A DNA stretch of 64,000 nucleotides. Origin: Chitinophagaceae bacterium. Lineage in GTDB: Bacteria > Bacteroidota > Bacteroidia > Chitinophagales > Chitinophagaceae. The translations under genes were made by a program, and so were the position numbers. The notes under the pieces were generated by a model. It was not told the origin of the DNA. It did not search any database and saw only the letters and a list, made by a program, of their open reading frames with translations. Of the stretch, positions 18,871-28,375 are shown piece after piece; the stretch's first letter is position 1; every line of letters begins with the position of its first letter. Location of the stretch: assembly GCA_046296295.1 (NCBI GenBank), contig JBKBLG010000004.1, positions 60,187 through 124,186 of the forward strand, written 5' to 3'.

Positions 18871-18912
18871 CCTTACGGTAAATGTTGAATGTTTTAACCA
18901 TTTACCGTAAGG
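18871..18912. repeat. Inverted pair of exact 14-mers, 14-nt spacer
   Basis: Between the S8 peptidase start and the gpmI stop. The arms are perfectly complementary. Confidence 0.9.
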
Positions 18913-18925
18913 TTATGGTACTAAA

Positions 18926-18946
18926 AAGGCAGCTTATAGCTGCCTT
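18926..18946 (-). terminator. Rho-independent terminator of gpmI
   Basis: AAGGCAGCT-ata-AGCTGCCTT followed by TTTTT on the minus strand. Confidence 0.65.
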
Positions 18947-18969
18947 AATATGCTGTAATATAATTGCTT

Positions 18970-20490
18970 TTAACTCACCAGTACTTCGCCCGACATTTCG
19001 GGTGGTATTGGTAGGTTCATGAGATGTAAAATGGTTGGGGCAATATCGCCTAACTTACCTGCTTTTACTTGTTTTACGGTATCGTTACCAATCACAAACA
19101 GTGGTACAAGATTTAATGAGTGTTGTGTGTTCGGAGTGCCATCGTCGTTCACCATAAAATCGGCATTACCATGATCGGCAGTAAGCACAATGGTATAGCC
19201 ATGTGCCAGGCCGGCTGTTACCACACGCTGCACACAAGCGTCTACCGTTTCAACAGCTTTCACAACAGCACTAAATACACCCGTATGGCCTACCATATCG
19301 GCGTTAGCAAAGTTCAAACAAATAAAATCGGCTGTTTCGGCTTCTATTTTAGGAACCAATGTGTCGGTAATACCTTGAGCACTCATTTCGGGTTGCAAAT
19401 CGTAGGTGGCCACCTTCGGACTAGGTACAATTATGCGTTCTTCACCCTCGAAAGGCTGCTCTCTACCACCACTAAAAAAGAAGGTTACGTGCGGATATTT
19501 TTCTGTTTCGGCAATGCGAATTTGTGTTTTGCCATGTGCTGCCAACACCTCTCCGAGTGTATTGTTAAGATTATCAGTTTCAAAAATTACGTGTACGTTA
19601 TTAAATGTTTTATCGTACTCCGTCATAGTGGTGTAGTGCAGTTCGAGGGGCTGCATTTGCTGCTCTGGAAAAGCCTTTTGCGTAAGTACTTCGGTAATTT
19701 CGCGGCATCGGTCTGTTCTGAAGTTAAAGCAAATAACCGCATCGCCATTGGCAATAGTACCTTTACCTTGCGGTAAATTTTTGTTCACAATAGGTTGAAT
19801 GAACTCATCGGTTACACCAGCTTCGTAGCTAGCTGTAATACTGGCAAGAAGGTCGCTACTAGCTTCTCCTTGGCCATGTACTAACGCATCGTAAGCGAGC
19901 TTCACACGCTCCCAGCGCTTATCTCTATCCATTGCATAGTATCTTCCGGTGATGGAAGCAATGGTACCTACACTTTGTTGTAAGTGTTGTTGTAGTTGGT
20001 CTATGAAACCGTAACCGCTTTTAGGATCGCAATCGCGGCCATCGGTAAAGGCGTGAATGTATACCTCTGTTAAGCCTGCCGCCTTACAAGCATCAGTAAT
20101 TGCCATTACATGATGTATGTGGCTATGTACACCGCCATCGCTTACTAAGCCAATTAAGTGTAAGGGCTTGTTGTTTGTTTTAGCGTAGGCAATAGCTTGT
20201 TGCAAGCTACTGTTTGCCGCAAATGAGCCATTTCGAATAGCTACATTAATACGTTGCAATTCTTGATACACAATACGCCCCGCCCCCAAATTCAGGTGTC
20301 CAACTTCACTGTTGCCCATTTGCCCATCGGGAAGGCCTACGGCTTCGCCACAGGTTACCAAAGTAGCATTTGGATATTGGTGATATAAGCTATCTACAAA
20401 GGGGGTATTGGCTTGCTGTATTGCATCGGCATTGGTTACCTTGCCTAAGCCCCAGCCATCCATAATGATTAAAATGGTTTTCTTACTCAT
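18970..20490 (-). CDS. gpmI: 2,3-bisphosphoglycerate-independent phosphoglycerate mutase
   Basis: MSKKTILIIMDGWGL..., SEVGHLNLGAGR, DGGVHSH and ADHGNA motifs. The ATG at 20490 is preferred over the upstream ATG at 20535, which extends into the 14-mer copy. Confidence 0.95.
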   Translation of the reverse strand: MSKKTILIIMDGWGLGKVTNADAIQQANTPFVDSLYHQYPNATLVTCGEAVGLPDGQMGNSEVGHLNLGAGRIVYQELQRINVAIRNGSFAANSSLQQAIAYAKTNNKPLHLIGLVSDGGVHSHIHHVMAITDACKAAGLTEVYIHAFTDGRDCDPKSGYGFIDQLQQHLQQSVGTIASITGRYYAMDRDKRWERVKLAYDALVHGQGEASSDLLASITASYEAGVTDEFIQPIVNKNLPQGKGTIANGDAVICFNFRTDRCREITEVLTQKAFPEQQMQPLELHYTTMTEYDKTFNNVHVIFETDNLNNTLGEVLAAHGKTQIRIAETEKYPHVTFFFSGGREQPFEGEERIIVPSPKVATYDLQPEMSAQGITDTLVPKIEAETADFICLNFANADMVGHTGVFSAVVKAVETVDACVQRVVTAGLAHGYTIVLTADHGNADFMVNDDGTPNTQHSLNLVPLFVIGNDTVKQVKAGKLGDIAPTILHLMNLPIPPEMSGEVLVS

Positions 20491-20532
20491 GTGGGTAAAG
20501 ATAAATGTAAATGCTGTTGCTGTTGCGAATTG

Positions 20533-20546
20533 CATTTACCGTAAGG
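20533..20546 (-). repeat. 14-mer copy (CATTTACCGTAAGG, exact)
   Basis: 42 nt upstream of the gpmI ATG. Confidence 0.85.
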
Positions 20547-20555
20547 TAGATAGCA

Positions 20556-20591
20556 AAAAATACGGGTCGCCTTCGGCGACCCGTATTTTTT
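20556..20591. terminator. Bidirectional terminator hairpin after ricT
   Basis: AAAAATACGGGTCGCC-ttcg-GGCGACCCGTATTTTT. Confidence 0.75.
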
Positions 20592-20659
20592 TATAGATAA
20601 GCCATTTCAAACACAGCTTTTAAGACTATCGGTTGTTAGATATCGCTGTTTTTTGTTGC

Positions 20660-22081
20660 CTAATTTTTATGATCTGAAGGTGGTTGTGGTGGTTTGTTGC
20701 CGCCATTACCGCTTGGTTTATTACCCTGCAGACGGCCACTATGTGGCGGCCTTTTGTGTGAACTGTTATGCGGTGGCCTGCTACCACTTTGACCATCTTG
20801 CTGTGGGCGTTGTTGCGGTGGTCGCTGTTCGTTTCGTGGCGGTTGTGGCTTAGCACTATCTTGATTGCCTTGTGGCGGCCTATTACCCATAGGCTGACCA
20901 GGCTTGTTATTTGAACGAGGGGGTTGTTGGCGCTGCTGTACATGCTGGCCCCGACGTTCTTCGTTGCGCCTACGTTGTTGGGTACGTTCTAAACTACGCA
21001 GACTTATCTGTCCGACTACATCTACAAACTGCGGCTCTATTATTTTAGGCTTGCCGCCTACTAATTCAACCGCACCGAGATCGTCGGGTTGTTGGCCTTG
21101 GCGGTTAAGCATGCGTATTTCGCGAACCCTTTCAATAGTAAGGGGATACTGCTTATTACTATCGGGCAGTATGTACCACATAAGGTTCTTGAAAATATCT
21201 TTTTTTATTAGGATGGCTCTGCCACGTTGAACTTCTAATACTTCGGCATCGTTCGGGAAGTGTTGAAGTGCATCGAGGTAGGTATCGAGCTCGTAGTTTA
21301 AACAGCATTTCAAGCGGCCGCATTGTCCGCTCAGCTTAGTTTGATTAATGCTTAAATTCTGGTAGCGTGCTGCTGTGGTATTTACACTTTTGAAATCGTG
21401 TAGCCATGTACTACAGCATAACTCTCGGCCACAACTGCCGATACCACCTACTTTGGCCGCTTCTTGGCGAATACCAATTTGCCGCATTTCTACCTTTAGC
21501 TTGAAATCGCTGGCAAAAATTTTAATCATTTCTCTGAAATCTACCCGATCATCGGCAGTATAAAAGAAGGTGGCTTTTTTGCCATCGGCCTGAATTTCTA
21601 CCTCACTTAACTTCATTTGTAAGTTTAGCTGGCGAGCTATGGCTCGGCTACGTGCAAGCACTTCTTGCTCTCTGCTTTTCTGATACCGGTAGCTTTCAAT
21701 ATCTTTTTCGTGGCTGCGACGAAGTATTTTTTTCATTTCGGAGCTATCTTCTGCAACGCCCATTTTCTTCATTTGTAACCTTACCAACTCGCCGGTAAGG
21801 CTTACTTCGCCAACATCGTAACCACTTACACCTTCTACGGTAACCAAATCTCCTTTTTCAAAGTATTGGAGTGTGGTATTTCTGAAAAACTCTTTGCGGC
21901 TACCCTGCTTGAACGATACTTCTACTACCCTACAGTTACTTTCAGGATCGCTAAAGGGTAAATTACGAAGCCAATCGTGCACATTCATTCTGTTACAACC
22001 ACCGCTGCTGCAACCGCCGTTGCTTTTACAGCCCGATGGTTTGCCATCGGCACCTTTAGTGCCACAACTTCCACAACCCAT
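20660..22081 (-). CDS. ricT: PSP1/RicT (YaaT)-family protein with a Cys-rich N-terminus and a P/Q/R-rich C-terminal tail
   Basis: The central PSP1 C-terminal-type domain includes CGRLKCCLNYE and SCGRELCC. Synteny with the upstream holB matches Bacillus holB-yaaT. About 100 low-complexity C-terminal residues. Confidence 0.75.
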   Translation of the reverse strand: MGCGSCGTKGADGKPSGCKSNGGCSSGGCNRMNVHDWLRNLPFSDPESNCRVVEVSFKQGSRKEFFRNTTLQYFEKGDLVTVEGVSGYDVGEVSLTGELVRLQMKKMGVAEDSSEMKKILRRSHEKDIESYRYQKSREQEVLARSRAIARQLNLQMKLSEVEIQADGKKATFFYTADDRVDFREMIKIFASDFKLKVEMRQIGIRQEAAKVGGIGSCGRELCCSTWLHDFKSVNTTAARYQNLSINQTKLSGQCGRLKCCLNYELDTYLDALQHFPNDAEVLEVQRGRAILIKKDIFKNLMWYILPDSNKQYPLTIERVREIRMLNRQGQQPDDLGAVELVGGKPKIIEPQFVDVVGQISLRSLERTQQRRRNEERRGQHVQQRQQPPRSNNKPGQPMGNRPPQGNQDSAKPQPPRNEQRPPQQRPQQDGQSGSRPPHNSSHKRPPHSGRLQGNKPSGNGGNKPPQPPSDHKN

Positions 22082-22477
22082 GCTATCTCAATTTTTCGTT
22101 GATGGTAAATGTATTGGCGACGCTATAATATAAGATTGGTTTGTAACGATCTGCAAGCAAGTAGCTTGTGTTGTGTCACTCACTTTAACACCTGTGCTAC
22201 TATGAGCAAGCAGGCGTACCATTATTATACTGCACAGCTAATAACTTTAGCTGTGTTGGGTATAAATATATTAAGGCAATAAACGATTGTTGCTGCCATG
22301 AAATACAAAAGTTCAAGTGTGCGACGCAACGGCAGCTGCCCATTGTACTTACTGCCGATACCATCTTATATATTTTGTCGGGCTGCCCGTTGGGCAGCCA
22401 CGTCAAAAATAGGCAAAACCCTCGGTTTTACTAATGTGTGTTGGTATTTGTAGGCTTGGTGGAGCTTATTAACATGC

Positions 22478-23692
22478 TTATACGGCAGTAATAAACTGTT
22501 TTTCATGCACGATATGCCGTATTTTAATGCTCAGGGCATGAAATAACATTTTGCTATTAGCATTACGCTCAATGTAATATGCGGCTTTATCGAGTTCTTC
22601 TACAATTGCTTGTAGCTGATAAAAACCAATCATTCGATGAATGCGGTGTGCCAGTTCGCGTTCGGCATTGGCCATAGGTACGGCAGCGTCGCCTAAAATG
22701 CGTAATCGTAACGATTGTGCCAGCAGATGATTGAAAAATTGTAAGAATTGTTTTTGTTTTTCGCGGCCAAGCTTATTCATTTCATCTACCCACTTCGCCT
22801 CTGCGGCAGGGCCTTGTCGTAAGGATGCGTTTAAGCAATCTCGAACGAGCACCAACCAATCGTGGCCGGCATGGGCAATTTGTTGCAGGGCTTCGCGGTA
22901 GTTGCCATCACAAATATTTGCTACCTGAAGTGCTAATTCGGGTGCTGTTTGGTTGCGGTGTACCAGTGCATCGGCCACTTCTTGAGGATGCAACTTGGGT
23001 ACTTTAATGAGTTGGCAACGACTTCGGATGGTTAATAATATCTGCTCTTCATTTTCGGCAACGAGCAGAAAAATGGTATTTGGTGGTGGCTCTTCTATGA
23101 GTTTAAGTAGCTTGTTACCCATATTGCCGAGGTACTCGGGCATCCAAAGCACTAGTACCTTGTATCTGCTTTGGTAGGCCTTTAAACTTAGCTTGCGGCT
23201 AATTTCATCGCACTCGCGGCCGGTTATATTGCCTTGTTTATTTTCGGCGTTGATGCTTTGTAGCCAGTCGTAGGCATTTCCGTAAGGGAACTGTTGGAAA
23301 AAACTGCGGAAATCGGCTATAAAATCGTTGCTTACAGGTTGTTCGCCACTTTTTTTAGAAATAACCGGAAAGCTAAAATGCAAATCGGGGTGTTGCAACG
23401 CTGCAGCACTAACATAAGCTGGTTGTGCTGCAATATCGTTCGGATGAATAAAAGCAGGTACATTATTATCGGTTGGTAATGGCGTAAATCCACCAAATAA
23501 ATCGGCCACAGGTTCTGTGGCAGCCTGCTGCGGCAAGCTCACCAAATACTGTGCAAAAGCTACAGCAAGCGGCAGCGCACCACTTCCTTCTTTACCCAAA
23601 AAGAGCAATGCATGGCTCAACCGATTGTTTGCTACTAAATCGATTAGGTGCTGTTTCACCTCTTGTTGTCCAATTACATCAGAAAAAAGCAT
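22478..23692 (-). CDS. holB: DNA polymerase III subunit delta'
   Basis: N-terminal VIGQQEVKQHLIDLVANNRLSHALLFLGKEGSG clamp-loader AAA+ block, then LKLIEEPP and SRCQ motifs. Confidence 0.8.
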   Translation of the reverse strand: MLFSDVIGQQEVKQHLIDLVANNRLSHALLFLGKEGSGALPLAVAFAQYLVSLPQQAATEPVADLFGGFTPLPTDNNVPAFIHPNDIAAQPAYVSAAALQHPDLHFSFPVISKKSGEQPVSNDFIADFRSFFQQFPYGNAYDWLQSINAENKQGNITGRECDEISRKLSLKAYQSRYKVLVLWMPEYLGNMGNKLLKLIEEPPPNTIFLLVAENEEQILLTIRSRCQLIKVPKLHPQEVADALVHRNQTAPELALQVANICDGNYREALQQIAHAGHDWLVLVRDCLNASLRQGPAAEAKWVDEMNKLGREKQKQFLQFFNHLLAQSLRLRILGDAAVPMANAERELAHRIHRMIGFYQLQAIVEELDKAAYYIERNANSKMLFHALSIKIRHIVHEKQFITAV

Positions 23693-23693
23693 G

Positions 23694-23707
23694 CCTTACG
23701 GTAAATA
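23694..23707 (+). repeat. 14-mer copy (CCTTACGGTAAATa, 13/14)
   Basis: Starts 1 nt upstream of the holB start codon, 29 nt after the gldH stop. Confidence 0.8.
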
Positions 23708-23735
23708 TTACGATGATGGTGATGATAATCAGTAA

Positions 23736-24212
23736 TTATGGTACTCTTTCAACACGTATTCCGGCATTCAACACATTGGTCAATGGGTTTTCACGCATGG
23801 TATGTTGTAGTGTGAATTGGTAGGTACCCAACATTAAGTTAACGGGATATTGATTAATACGAATTCTGTGTTCAAAGATATCGTCCATACCTTTAGCGAG
23901 CCAACCATTCGCATTGGTAGCAAGTGGTAGTTCTAACATTTGTGTTTCAGGCTTGCCATGAGGTGCTCGTGTGGTAACATTTACCCACATATTATTGAAG
24001 TGATAGGCATCGGTATGGCGTAGCACTATGTATAAATTGTAGGGCTTTGTGGTATCAGTGATGTTAAAGGTAAAGCTGGGCTTCACTGAATCGGCCCATG
24101 TATGCGTGGGAAAATACTCCGTACGTTCATATACGTTGATATTAGTGCAAGCACCACTTACTACAACCAACGTAACCATACAAACAGCAACATACAACTG
24201 CTTTATAACCAT
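23736..24212 (-). CDS. gldH: Gliding motility lipoprotein GldH
   Basis: 158 aa with lipobox VVSGAC. The segment pattern ...W....F.F.I.D...PYNLYIVLRH...Y.FNN.W... and the C-terminal GIRVERV closely follow Flavobacterium GldH. Confidence 0.75.
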   Translation of the reverse strand: MVIKQLYVAVCMVTLVVVSGACTNINVYERTEYFPTHTWADSVKPSFTFNITDTTKPYNLYIVLRHTDAYHFNNMWVNVTTRAPHGKPETQMLELPLATNANGWLAKGMDDIFEHRIRINQYPVNLMLGTYQFTLQHTMRENPLTNVLNAGIRVERVP

Positions 24213-25087
24213 TACAATACGTTTAAAATTTGTTCTTTGGCTTTTTCTAATTCGTCTTTCATGAGCACAACAATTTTCTGGATGTCGGCATCGTAGGCTT
24301 TGCTACCGGTAGTGTTAATTTCTCTGCCAATTTCTTGAATAATGAACGATAGTTTTTTGCCCTTACCTTTATCGGGTTCTTGCAGCATAGTTTTGAAATA
24401 CTGCAAATGATTCGATAAACGTACCTGTTCTTCGCTAATATCTATTTTCTCGATATAATAAATTAACTCTTGCTCTAGGCGGTTAGTATCGTAATGTTCA
24501 GGGCCTAATTGCTCTTCGAGCAATTTCACCAAACCTTCTTTGATTTTTGTACGACGATTGGGGGCCAACGCTTGAATAGCAGCTTGGTGTTGGGTTATAG
24601 CGGCAATACGTTGCAACAAATCTGCTTCTAGTGCTGCGCCTTCTTCTTTTCGATGTTGGTTGAGTGCTTCTATGGCCGAAGATAGTACCGGTATAAAACT
24701 ATGATACTCGGCTTCGCTCAATATTTCTGTAGGTGGTGCTACTACTTCCGGCATGCGCAAGATAGCAGCTAAAACCCCCTCCATATTCCAGCCCTTTTCT
24801 GCTGCAATTTGTTGCAGCGGCTCGTAATATGCAGCCACTAAATCGGTATTAATAGCCAACGATTTTGCTGCACCATTTTGTTTTAGATAAATGCTACACT
24901 CTACGCTGCCACGCTCTAAGCTAGCAGCAATACGGTTGCGAATATCAATTTCGTAGGGTTTCAATAAACTGGGCAGTGTAAGCCTAACATCAAGCTGCTT
25001 GCCGTTAAGGCTACGTATGTCTACAATAAAATTTTTATCGCCTATGGTTTGCTCGGCCCTTCCGAAGCCGGTCATTGAAAAAAGCAT
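24212..25087 (-). CDS. yicC: YicC/YloC family endoribonuclease
   Basis: N-terminal MLFSMTGFGRAE...IRSLNGKQLDVRL and C-terminal EIGREINTTGSKA...VVLMKDELEKAKEQILNV are YicC hallmarks. Confidence 0.85.
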   Translation of the reverse strand: MLFSMTGFGRAEQTIGDKNFIVDIRSLNGKQLDVRLTLPSLLKPYEIDIRNRIAASLERGSVECSIYLKQNGAAKSLAINTDLVAAYYEPLQQIAAEKGWNMEGVLAAILRMPEVVAPPTEILSEAEYHSFIPVLSSAIEALNQHRKEEGAALEADLLQRIAAITQHQAAIQALAPNRRTKIKEGLVKLLEEQLGPEHYDTNRLEQELIYYIEKIDISEEQVRLSNHLQYFKTMLQEPDKGKGKKLSFIIQEIGREINTTGSKAYDADIQKIVVLMKDELEKAKEQILNVL

Positions 25088-25325
25088 CCGCAAGTATTTA
25101 GTATGGCAAAGTAAGCAGCTTTAAGCATATCTTTTTGTTATAGGCAAGCGTAACAAACAACAAAACAACCATTGAACTGACTGAAAATATAAAATAACAG
25201 GACGACATATAAACTTAACAGCAGACTTTTTCTGACACGAAATCCCAACACTTCGTGATAACAGCGATGGGCCTTAAAAACATAAATTAGCAGTCTAAAA
25301 AAGAATTCTTATTTAAAAGAGGATA

Positions 25326-26990
25326 ATGGCAAAACAAAAAGCGACCCTTCGACAGGCTCAGGGTAAAAACGAAGAACCCCTCGAAAAACAACTCTGGAAA
25401 GCAGCCGACAAACTCCGCAAGAACATTGATGCTGCGGAATACAAACACATTGTATTGGGGTTAATCTTCCTGAAATATATCTCCGATGCTTTTGAAGAAT
25501 TGTATGCAAAACTAAAAGCAGACGAAGCCAACGGTGCAGACCCCGAAGACAAAGACGAATACAAAGCAGAAAATGTGTTCTTTGTACCGCAGGATGCCCG
25601 ATGGAATTATTTGCAATCGAAAGCCAAACAACCTGAAATCGGAAAGTTTGTGGACGATGCCATGGATGCTATTGAAAAAGAAAATGCTTCCCTCAAAGGC
25701 GTGTTGCCCAAGGTATATGCCCGACAAAATTTGGACCCGACAAGTTTGGGTGAACTGATTGACCTGATTGGCAACATTGCCTTAGGCGATGCCAAAGCAA
25801 GAAGTGCCGATGTGCTCGGACACGTTTTTGAATATTTTCTGGGTGAGTTTGCCTTGGCAGAAGGCAAGAAAGGCGGACAGTTCTACACGCCAAGAAGCGT
25901 GGTGGAATTATTGGTGGAGATGCTGGAACCCTACAAAGGACGAGTGTTTGACCCTTGCTGTGGTTCGGGTGGAATGTTTGTGCAGAGCTTGAAATTTGTT
26001 GATAGCCATGCAGGCCGTGTAAACGATATCTCCATTTACGGACAAGAGAGCAACCAAACCACCTGGCGACTGGCTAAAATGAACCTGGCCATTCGTGGCA
26101 TTGATAGCTCACAGGTGAAATGGAACAACGAAGGTTCTTTCTTAAACGATGCACACAAAGACCTGAAAGCTGATTTTATAATTGCCAATCCACCGTTTAA
26201 TGTGAGTGATTGGGGCGGTGAATTGATGCGGAATGATGGACGTTGGCAATACGGCATACCACCCACAGGCAACGCCAACTTTGCCTGGATGCAACATTTT
26301 ATTTACCACTTAGCACCCAACGGACAAGCTGGTGTGGTGTTGGCAAAAGGTGCTTTGACCTCTAAAACCTCAGGCGAAGGCGAGATTAGAAAAGCACTGG
26401 TTGAAAACGGCTTGATTGATTGCATTGTAAACCTACCGGCCAAATTGTTTTTAAATACCCAGATTCCTGCTGCCTTATGGTTTATGAGCCGCAACCGTAA
26501 AAACGGAAAATTCCACCACCCCGCCACCACAGGTGGCACCCCTCCACGGGAGGGGAATTTTCGAGACCGCAGCAACGAGATTTTATTTATTGATGCCCGC
26601 AACTTGGGCCATTTGATCAACCGCAGAACCCGTGAACTCTCACCAGAAGACATTGCCAAAATTGCCGGCACTTACCACGCCTGGAGAAATTCCCCTCCTT
26701 TGGAGGGGGCAGGGGGTGGTCAATTCCCCCCCACTGGAGGGGTGCCCGAAGGGCGGGGTGGTTACGAAGACATCCCCGGCTTTTGTGCCTCCGCCCCCAT
26801 CAGCAAAGTGAGAGAACTCGACTATGTGCTTACACCGGGCCGCTATGTAGGCTTACCCGATGAAGAAGACGACTTCAATTTTGCCGAACGCTTTACCTGC
26901 TTAAAAGCAGAACTGCAAGCACAGATGGCAGAGGAAACAGAATTAAACGATAGAATCAAAAGGAACTTGCATAAAATTCAAATTATCTAA
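25326..26990 (+). CDS. hsdM: Type I restriction-modification system methyltransferase subunit M (with in-frame repeat insertions)
   Basis: HsdM N-domain [37 protein letters not shown] motif [10 protein letters not shown] and catalytic [17 protein letters not shown]-like sequence upstream. Confidence 0.95.
   Translation: MAKQKATLRQAQGKNEEPLEKQLWKAADKLRKNIDAAEYKHIVLGLIFLKYISDAFEELYAKLKADEANGADPEDKDEYKAENVFFVPQDARWNYLQSKAKQPEIGKFVDDAMDAIEKENASLKGVLPKVYARQNLDPTSLGELIDLIGNIALGDAKARSADVLGHVFEYFLGEFALAEGKKGGQFYTPRSVVELLVEMLEPYKGRVFDPCCGSGGMFVQSLKFVDSHAGRVNDISIYGQESNQTTWRLAKMNLAIRGIDSSQVKWNNEGSFLNDAHKDLKADFIIANPPFNVSDWGGELMRNDGRWQYGIPPTGNANFAWMQHFIYHLAPNGQAGVVLAKGALTSKTSGEGEIRKALVENGLIDCIVNLPAKLFLNTQIPAALWFMSRNRKNGKFHHPATTGGTPPREGNFRDRSNEILFIDARNLGHLINRRTRELSPEDIAKIAGTYHAWRNSPPLEGAGGGQFPPTGGVPEGRGGYEDIPGFCASAPISKVRELDYVLTPGRYVGLPDEEDDFNFAERFTCLKAELQAQMAEETELNDRIKRNLHKIQII
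26515..26559 (-). repeat. GC-rich palindromic REP-like unit, reverse orientation, in frame in hsdM
   Basis: ACCACCCCGCC...CCCCTCC-acg-GGAGGGGAATT, translated as [15 protein letters not shown]. Confidence 0.85.
26688..26762 (+). repeat. REP-like unit doublet, forward, in frame in hsdM
   Basis: AATTCCCCTCC-ttt-GGAGGGG... plus AATTCCCCCCC-act-GGAGGGGTGCCCGAAGGGCGGGGTGGT, translated as [25 protein letters not shown]. Confidence 0.9.
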
Positions 26991-27001
26991 TTTTCAATAA
27001 A

Positions 27002-27922
27002 ATGAACTACGACATAAAACTCATTAATAATTTCGAAGGTAAAGGGCGTATTGAACTTGACCGAATGGAATTTTTGGCAAAGCACATAAAAAGCATTGCT
27101 CAAAAGGCTTTACTGCTGCAACTCTATGGCTATAGTAAGGTTTCAATGCCAAAGAACTTAAATAAATATCTGCATGTATTTCTAACACAAACTGCCGGGG
27201 TTGATGGTAATACTATTCTCACGTTGGATGCAGATAATTTTCAAAATATCCTAGTACAGTTAGATTTATTTAAAGAGAAACAAGCTCTAAATACACTTAC
27301 ACCAATGGCTTTAGTGATTAAGTCATTCACTGCTGCATTATATGATGAAGAAGATAAAAATATGATTGATGAACCGCTTATTGATGAATTATTAAAGTTT
27401 AAAAAGTTTTTTCAAACTGATACAGAAAAAGTATTACTTACTAACCGGAGTACAATACCGGAAATTGAATTTTCTCGAAAAGAAATAGATAAAATCGAGA
27501 GCTTATTTAAAACAATACCACAACCACAAAAAACAGTGGTAGCCGGTGTGATTGATGAAATGAAGTTTTCAAGAGAGCAGGTAATTTTAACTACCACTGA
27601 AAATAAAAAGATAGTAGTAATTGTTGCCAAGGAGCTTTTTCAAGACTTAAAGGAGTTTTTTGGACAGGAAATAGCCATCAATGGAATGGCTCATTTTAAG
27701 CCGGGAGGGCAATTATCGTATGTTAAAATGGAAAGCTTTGGCAATGCGGGGAAAGCCGCAAAAATATTATCAAGAAAGCCGGATAAAATGAACATGCAAC
27801 AGCAGATTGCTTTACAAATCAGAGAAGGGAAAAAACGAAATCCAATGGATGAAATCATTGGAACATGGCCCGGAAATGAGACAGACGAAGAATTTGAGAA
27901 AATGCTAAAAGACCTTGACTAA
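27002..27922 (+). CDS. Hypothetical 306-aa protein, putative partner or antitoxin of the downstream PIN nuclease
   Basis: No motif recognised. Its stop overlaps the PIN start (TAATG). Acidic C-terminal tail IIGTWPGNETDEEFEKMLKDLD. Confidence 0.6.
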   Translation: MNYDIKLINNFEGKGRIELDRMEFLAKHIKSIAQKALLLQLYGYSKVSMPKNLNKYLHVFLTQTAGVDGNTILTLDADNFQNILVQLDLFKEKQALNTLTPMALVIKSFTAALYDEEDKNMIDEPLIDELLKFKKFFQTDTEKVLLTNRSTIPEIEFSRKEIDKIESLFKTIPQPQKTVVAGVIDEMKFSREQVILTTTENKKIVVIVAKELFQDLKEFFGQEIAINGMAHFKPGGQLSYVKMESFGNAGKAAKILSRKPDKMNMQQQIALQIREGKKRNPMDEIIGTWPGNETDEEFEKMLKDLD

Positions 27923-28374
27923 TGAAAAACATACTTTTAGACACAAATATCCTCATACACTTAAATAGAGGAAAGGAAAAAGCTCAAAAGGTTCGTGAAT
28001 ATGTGGCGAGCTTAAGCGAACCACAAGTATTTATTTCTGTGGTGAATTTAGCTGAAGTGGAAAGTTTGGTTGTGCAATGGAAAATGCCTGATGAAGCTGT
28101 TAAACGACTTAGGAGCAATATGAACAAATTTGTGTGTATTGATATTGAGCAAAATAATCAGGTTCTGTTAGACGCTTATGTAAATATCGATTGCTACAGC
28201 AAGAGAAAAATTAAAGGACCTGATGGCAAACTTATTCCAAATGGTGCAATTGGAATGAAGAAGAACGACCTCTGGATTGCAGCTACAGCCCATGCTTTAG
28301 ATGCCGTGTTACTTACCACCGATGGAGATTTTGACCACTTAGAAAACCTATATTTTGAACTTAAGAAGTTTTAG
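27922..28374 (+). CDS. PIN-domain nuclease (VapC-like)
   Basis: Conserved acidic positions in ILLDTNILI, NLAEVES, NDLWIAATA and LLTTDGDF, typical of VapC-type PIN toxins. Confidence 0.8.
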   Translation: MKNILLDTNILIHLNRGKEKAQKVREYVASLSEPQVFISVVNLAEVESLVVQWKMPDEAVKRLRSNMNKFVCIDIEQNNQVLLDAYVNIDCYSKRKIKGPDGKLIPNGAIGMKKNDLWIAATAHALDAVLLTTDGDFDHLENLYFELKKF

Positions 28375-28375
28375 C

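Noticed and set aside
20626-21230. ORFs 20626..20943(-), 20653..20853(+) and 20904..21230(+) overlapping the 3' part of ricT
   Set aside because: They are artefacts of the P/Q/R-rich repetitive tail, which is stop-poor in several frames. RicT itself explains the region.
22200-22406. 68-aa ORF in the holB-ricT spacer
   Set aside because: Its composition and Cys/Trp-rich translation look non-coding, and the region is better explained as a hairpin-rich spacer.
25343-25365. Possible additional short in-frame GC-rich insertion at the HsdM N-terminus (ACCCTTCGACAGGCTCAGGGTAA, read as TLRQAQGK)
   Set aside because: There is only one copy in the window, with no palindrome and no match to the 42-nt unit. 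The slightly long N-terminus alone is not evidence.
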